Assembly (NCBI GenBank): GCA_044222185.1
Contig: JBGANV010000004.1
Location: forward strand, 160,001 to 224,000
Direction of reading: 5' to 3'
DNA: 64,000 nt
DNA from: Planctomycetota bacterium
GTDB lineage: Bacteria; Planctomycetota; GCA-002687715; CAIWVZ01
The position numbers were made by a program, and so were the translations under genes. The first letter of the stretch is position 1, and every line of letters begins with the position of its first letter. The notes beneath the pieces were generated by a model that saw only the letters and a list, made by a program, of their open reading frames with translations, had not been told where the DNA came from and made no database searches. Positions 60,139 through 64,000 of the stretch are shown in pieces.

Positions 60139-61971
60139 ATGGCCGAGCCGTCCGAACCTCCTCCGTTGCGCGTGCGCCTTCGTGACGGGGTCGTGGCGCT
60201 GAAGCACGCGCTCAGGCTCTGCATCGAGACCGCCCCCACCGCGGCCCTCGGAACGGCGGCTCTCGCGGCGGTGTCTTCGCTCCTCCCGCTCGCGACGATG
60301 TGGCTCATGAAGCTGACCGTCGATGCGGTCGTCATCGCCATGAACGCGCCGGACAAGGACGCCGCGTTCCGGCCCGTGATGTGGCTCGCCGCCGCGAGCG
60401 CGGGCGTGACGGTGCTCGGGCGCCTCGTCTCGACCGTCGACGAGATCGTCACCCTGACCTTCGGCACGAAAGTGTCGAACCGCGTCGCCGACCTCGTGAA
60501 CGAGAAGGCGCTCGGCTTGGACGTGGCGGCATTCGAGCGGCCGGAGGTTTACGACCTCATCCATCGGGCCCAGCAGGAAGCGCCGGGCCGCCCGGCCGCT
60601 CTCGCCCGCGGCATCCTCGATACGTTTCGCTCCGTGATCGGGATCGTTGCGTCCTTGGGCGTGACCTGGACGCTCCACCCGCTGGTGCCGTCGTTCCTCC
60701 TCGTCATCACGCTGCCGCTCGTGTTCGTGCGTTGGAAGCGCAGTCGCGAGACCCTCCGCCTCTCGGCCGCGCTCGCTCCGAAGTCGCGCCTCGCGCAGTA
60801 CCTCACTTCGCTGCTGCTCGGGCCGATCGCCGCCAAGGAAGTCCGGACGTTCGGTTTCGGAGCCGCGCTCGCGCGCCGATCCCGTGCCGTGCGCGATGAG
60901 GTTTTCGGCGAGCAGCTCGCGCTGCAGCGCCGGACGGGCATCAGCCAGACGGCGTTCGCCATCCCCGGCGCGGCTGCCTTCTTCGGCATCCAGGCATGGA
61001 TCGCCTGGCGCGCCGTCCACGGCGCCATCACGCTGGGCGACCTCACGCTCTACACGCAAGCCGCCCAGGCCGTGGCTGGAGGGTTCTTCATGTTGTTCTT
61101 CGCGATCACCGGGGCGGGGGAGAACGTGGGGTTCTTCAAGAGCTTCCGCGACTTCCTCGCACTCGCGCCGACGGTTTGCGACAGGCCGGACGCGCGACCG
61201 ATCGAACACCCCGTGCGCGGCGCGCTGGCCGCTCGTGGCGTCACCTACCGGTACGCCGGCGCGCAGGTCGCGGCGGTCTCGGACGTCACGGTGGAGATCG
61301 CCGCGGGCGAGCACGTGGCGATCGTCGGGCGCAACGGCTCGGGCAAGACGACGCTGCTGAAACTCCTCACGCGCCTCTACGATCCCACGACCGGGCGCGT
61401 CGAGCTGGACGGTGTGGACGTGCGCTCGCTCCGGCTCGGCGACGTGCGGCGCGCGATCGGCGTCCTCTTCCAGGACTTCGTTCGCTACGACATGACGATG
61501 GACGAGAACGTGGCGCTCGCGCTGCCCGAGGGCGCGATCGATCGTCGGGCCCGGATCGATCGGGCACTCGAGGCGAGCGGGGCCGATGCGGTCGCGAAGC
61601 GGCTGCCCGAGGGGTCGGCGACGACGCTCGGCCAGCGATTCAACCAGGCCCGGGATCTCTCGGCGGGTGAGTGGCAACGGGTCGCGCTCGCGCGGCTGTG
61701 GGCGAAAGACTCCCGCATCGTCCTCTTGGATGAGCCCACCTCGGCATTGGACGGCGCCGCCGAGGCCGATTTCTCGCGACGTCTCGCCGAGGCGCTGGCT
61801 GGCCGCACGGCGGTGATCGTCAGTCACCGCTGGTCCACGGTCCGCGCCGCCGACCGCGTGATCGTCCTGGAGGGCGGGCGAGTGGTGGAGGAAGGCCGGC
61901 CCGCCGACCTCATCTCCCACGACGGCCCGCTCGCGCGACTGTTCGGCGCGCAGATCGCCACGGCGTCGTGA
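60139..61971 (+). CDS. ABC exporter, fused TMD + NBD
   Basis: Six TM segments; GRNGSGKTT, VLFQDF, LSAGEWQR, LLDEPTSALD, VSHR. Confidence 0.93.
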   Translation: MAEPSEPPPLRVRLRDGVVALKHALRLCIETAPTAALGTAALAAVSSLLPLATMWLMKLTVDAVVIAMNAPDKDAAFRPVMWLAAASAGVTVLGRLVSTVDEIVTLTFGTKVSNRVADLVNEKALGLDVAAFERPEVYDLIHRAQQEAPGRPAALARGILDTFRSVIGIVASLGVTWTLHPLVPSFLLVITLPLVFVRWKRSRETLRLSAALAPKSRLAQYLTSLLLGPIAAKEVRTFGFGAALARRSRAVRDEVFGEQLALQRRTGISQTAFAIPGAAAFFGIQAWIAWRAVHGAITLGDLTLYTQAAQAVAGGFFMLFFAITGAGENVGFFKSFRDFLALAPTVCDRPDARPIEHPVRGALAARGVTYRYAGAQVAAVSDVTVEIAAGEHVAIVGRNGSGKTTLLKLLTRLYDPTTGRVELDGVDVRSLRLGDVRRAIGVLFQDFVRYDMTMDENVALALPEGAIDRRARIDRALEASGADAVAKRLPEGSATTLGQRFNQARDLSAGEWQRVALARLWAKDSRIVLLDEPTSALDGAAEADFSRRLAEALAGRTAVIVSHRWSTVRAADRVIVLEGGRVVEEGRPADLISHDGPLARLFGAQIATAS

Positions 61972-62091
61972 CGGACGGCGATCGCGTGCGAGCTGATGGG
62001 CTCGATTGACGGTGACAAGAGGCCGGGGTACGGTCGCCAGCTGCGTCGCGCGAGGCTGTGGTGTCCTCCCGCGGCCGAGTGATGGAGGCGG

Positions 62092-62844
62092 ATGGACCCG
62101 ACGACGCCGGACGAATGGGCACGGACGCTCAAGGATGAGTGGGAAGAGCGGGCCAGGTCTGCCTCGCGCGACTTCTTCATCGCGTCGCACGCGGAGTGGA
62201 ACCGGCCGGACGTGTGGGATCGACAGGCCGCGATCGATGCGTCGTGGCCCGTCGCTTGGCTCGACCGGGCGAAGCTGGCGGACGACGACGTGTTGGAAGT
62301 CGGTTGTGGGGTCGGGCGTCTCGTTCCGTACATCGCTCCGCTCGTTCGGTCCTACACCGGCTTCGACGTCGCCTGCGGCCACGTCGCCGAGGCTCGCAGA
62401 CGATCGAGCGGTTTCGAGAACGTGCGCTTCTTCGAGAGCGATGGCCTCGGGATTCCAGCGGGCGCATCCGACCGGAAATACGGCCTGATCTTCGCTCACG
62501 CGGTGTTCATCCACTGCCCACGGGTAGTGATCGAGAGCCTGATTCGCGCGGCGATCGAAGCCCTCGGTCCCGATGGAGAGCTCCGGTTCCAGCTCGCGGC
62601 CGACACCGCTGACCTGGACGGAATCCAGTCCATCGAAGCTTCCGAATCCGCGCGTGTCATCGCGGAGAAGATCGAACGGTTCGACCTGCCCGACCGCCAC
62701 CTCATGGATGAGCGTCACTACGCCGGCGAGCGATTCACGTTTTCGGCCGCGCGCGAGTTCGTCGAAGGGTTCGGCCTGGAGCGGGCCGACGTTTTTCGCT
62801 TCGATCGGGCATTCATCTACGGGCGCCTGGTGAATCGAGGCTGA
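62092..62844 (+). CDS. Class I SAM-dependent methyltransferase
   Basis: VLEVGCGVGRL, GFDV, AVFIHCP. Confidence 0.85.
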   Translation: MDPTTPDEWARTLKDEWEERARSASRDFFIASHAEWNRPDVWDRQAAIDASWPVAWLDRAKLADDDVLEVGCGVGRLVPYIAPLVRSYTGFDVACGHVAEARRRSSGFENVRFFESDGLGIPAGASDRKYGLIFAHAVFIHCPRVVIESLIRAAIEALGPDGELRFQLAADTADLDGIQSIEASESARVIAEKIERFDLPDRHLMDERHYAGERFTFSAAREFVEGFGLERADVFRFDRAFIYGRLVNRG

Positions 62845-62925
62845 CGGCGGTCGAGAGCTCGCGAGGGCCCGTGTCCGGACCGGTTTGCAGCTCCGACGAC
62901 CCTCCTATAGACTGCCGCCCTCCTC

Positions 62926-64000
62926 ATGAAACCGCGTCGACTGATCGTGTGGCTTTTCATCGCGCTGGCAGCGTTCGGAGGGCGGACGGTTTCGGGGCAG
63001 GAGTCGCGGTCGCGTGACGACCGGGCGTCGCGCCCGAGCGGCGCCGAATCGCGTCCGGGCGAAGATGCCGAGGGGGACGAGGCGGCCCGTGCCGCCAAGA
63101 AGAAACGGGACGAGCAGCCCAAACGCGGCATACCCGTCACCGAGCGTCTCCTGTTTGCCCACTGCACGGCGTGTCACGCCACGGAGGAGCGCGACGGACA
63201 GAAGTACCTCAGCCGCATCTCCTACCTGCGCAAGTCGCCGGAGGGCTGGGAGCTCTCGGTCAAGCGCATGATCCGGCAGCACAACCTCTCGATGACGCCG
63301 GACGACGCACGCGAGATCGTCGCCTACCTGTCGAACGACCACGGATTGACGCGCGCCGAGGCGGAGCGCGGGCTCGCGGAATCCGAGCGTCGCGTCCACT
63401 GGTCCGATGCGAGCGCCGACAAGGAGTTTCGCGAGACGTGCGGGGCGTGTCATTCGCTCGGGCGTGTCTACGGCGAGCAGCGTGATCTGGACGAGTGGAA
63501 GCTCCTCAAGCTCACGCACCTCGCCTTCTTTCCCCTGGCCGACTTCCAGGCATTCCGCGGCAACCAGCGCATGGGCGGCGACGACGGCGTCAACTTCGAC
63601 CGCATGTCCGAGTCGGAGATCGAGGAGTACTTCGAGCGCCGCCGGGAGCAGCAGCGCAGCATGCCCGACCGGGCCGACAAGGTGATGGAGAAACTCGCGA
63701 AGGACCAACCACTCTTCAGCAAGGGCTGGGAGGATTGGACCGTGAGCCGTCGCGAGGTCCCGCTGCAGGGAACGTGGTCTGTCGTTGGTCATGAGGTCAC
63801 GCGTGGTGACATCCGCGGGAGCGTGACGATCCGCCGGACGGACAAGGACACCTACGAGACGACCTGGACGCTCACCTACGGCGACGGCGCGACCGTTCGC
63901 CGGGAAGGCAAGGCCTACCTCTATGCGGGCTACTCGTGGCGCGGCCGGTCCAAGCGGCCCGACGGCGCGCCGCGCGAGCCCGAGACGCTGAAGGAAGTGC
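62926..64000 (+). CDS. qhpA: Quinohemoprotein amine dehydrogenase alpha subunit (3'-truncated by the window end)
   Basis: Not in the ORF track (no stop in window). Manual translation: signal peptide MKPRRLIVWLFIALAAFGG..., CTACH, SRISYLRKSPEGWELSVKRM, VAYLSNDHGL, CGACHSLGR, GYSWRG. Confidence 0.88.
   Translation, partial: MKPRRLIVWLFIALAAFGGRTVSGQESRSRDDRASRPSGAESRPGEDAEGDEAARAAKKKRDEQPKRGIPVTERLLFAHCTACHATEERDGQKYLSRISYLRKSPEGWELSVKRMIRQHNLSMTPDDAREIVAYLSNDHGLTRAEAERGLAESERRVHWSDASADKEFRETCGACHSLGRVYGEQRDLDEWKLLKLTHLAFFPLADFQAFRGNQRMGGDDGVNFDRMSESEIEEYFERRREQQRSMPDRADKVMEKLAKDQPLFSKGWEDWTVSRREVPLQGTWSVVGHEVTRGDIRGSVTIRRTDKDTYETTWTLTYGDGATVRREGKAYLYAGYSWRGRSKRPDGAPREPETLKEV

Overview
GC-rich (about 69% by eye) bacterial DNA, most likely from a Planctomycetota-like organism. 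That taxonomy is inferred from the MoxR/DUF58/BatA/vWA/TPR operon, DUF1570-type peptidases and an ECF sigma factor with a long C-terminal extension. I count about 42 protein-coding genes and see no rRNA, tRNA, CRISPR array or transposase. Main blocks: (1) 1-18973, a translationally coupled MoxR-DUF58-BatA-vWA operon with a 2143-aa TPR protein, flanked by two proteins with degenerate thioredoxin folds. (2) 24822-34487, an oxidative/photo-oxidative stress lipid-modification locus (SOUL, fasciclin, desaturase, DUF1365, two CFA-type methyltransferases, DUF1295, FAD oxidoreductase) resembling the furan-fatty-acid pathway. It is headed by a CarH-like regulator whose B12-ligating His is replaced by Tyr, has a 9-bp direct-repeat array in the divergent promoter, and ends at a hidden UGA-containing (UxxC) selenoprotein with a SECIS-like hairpin that the ORF track splits. 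(3) 38913-50300, envelope/glycan-modification genes (CotH, YfhO, APH-like kinase, GT2, B12 radical SAM, GT-C) plus a candidate structured RNA. (4) An ECF-TM-Ig fusion, an inactive/active DUF1570 pair, DinB, an ABC exporter, a methyltransferase and the 5' part of a quinohemoprotein amine dehydrogenase alpha subunit. Five scattered secreted proteins appear to share an unannotated ~100-aa C-terminal domain. All family assignments come from motifs recognised by eye; no searches were run.
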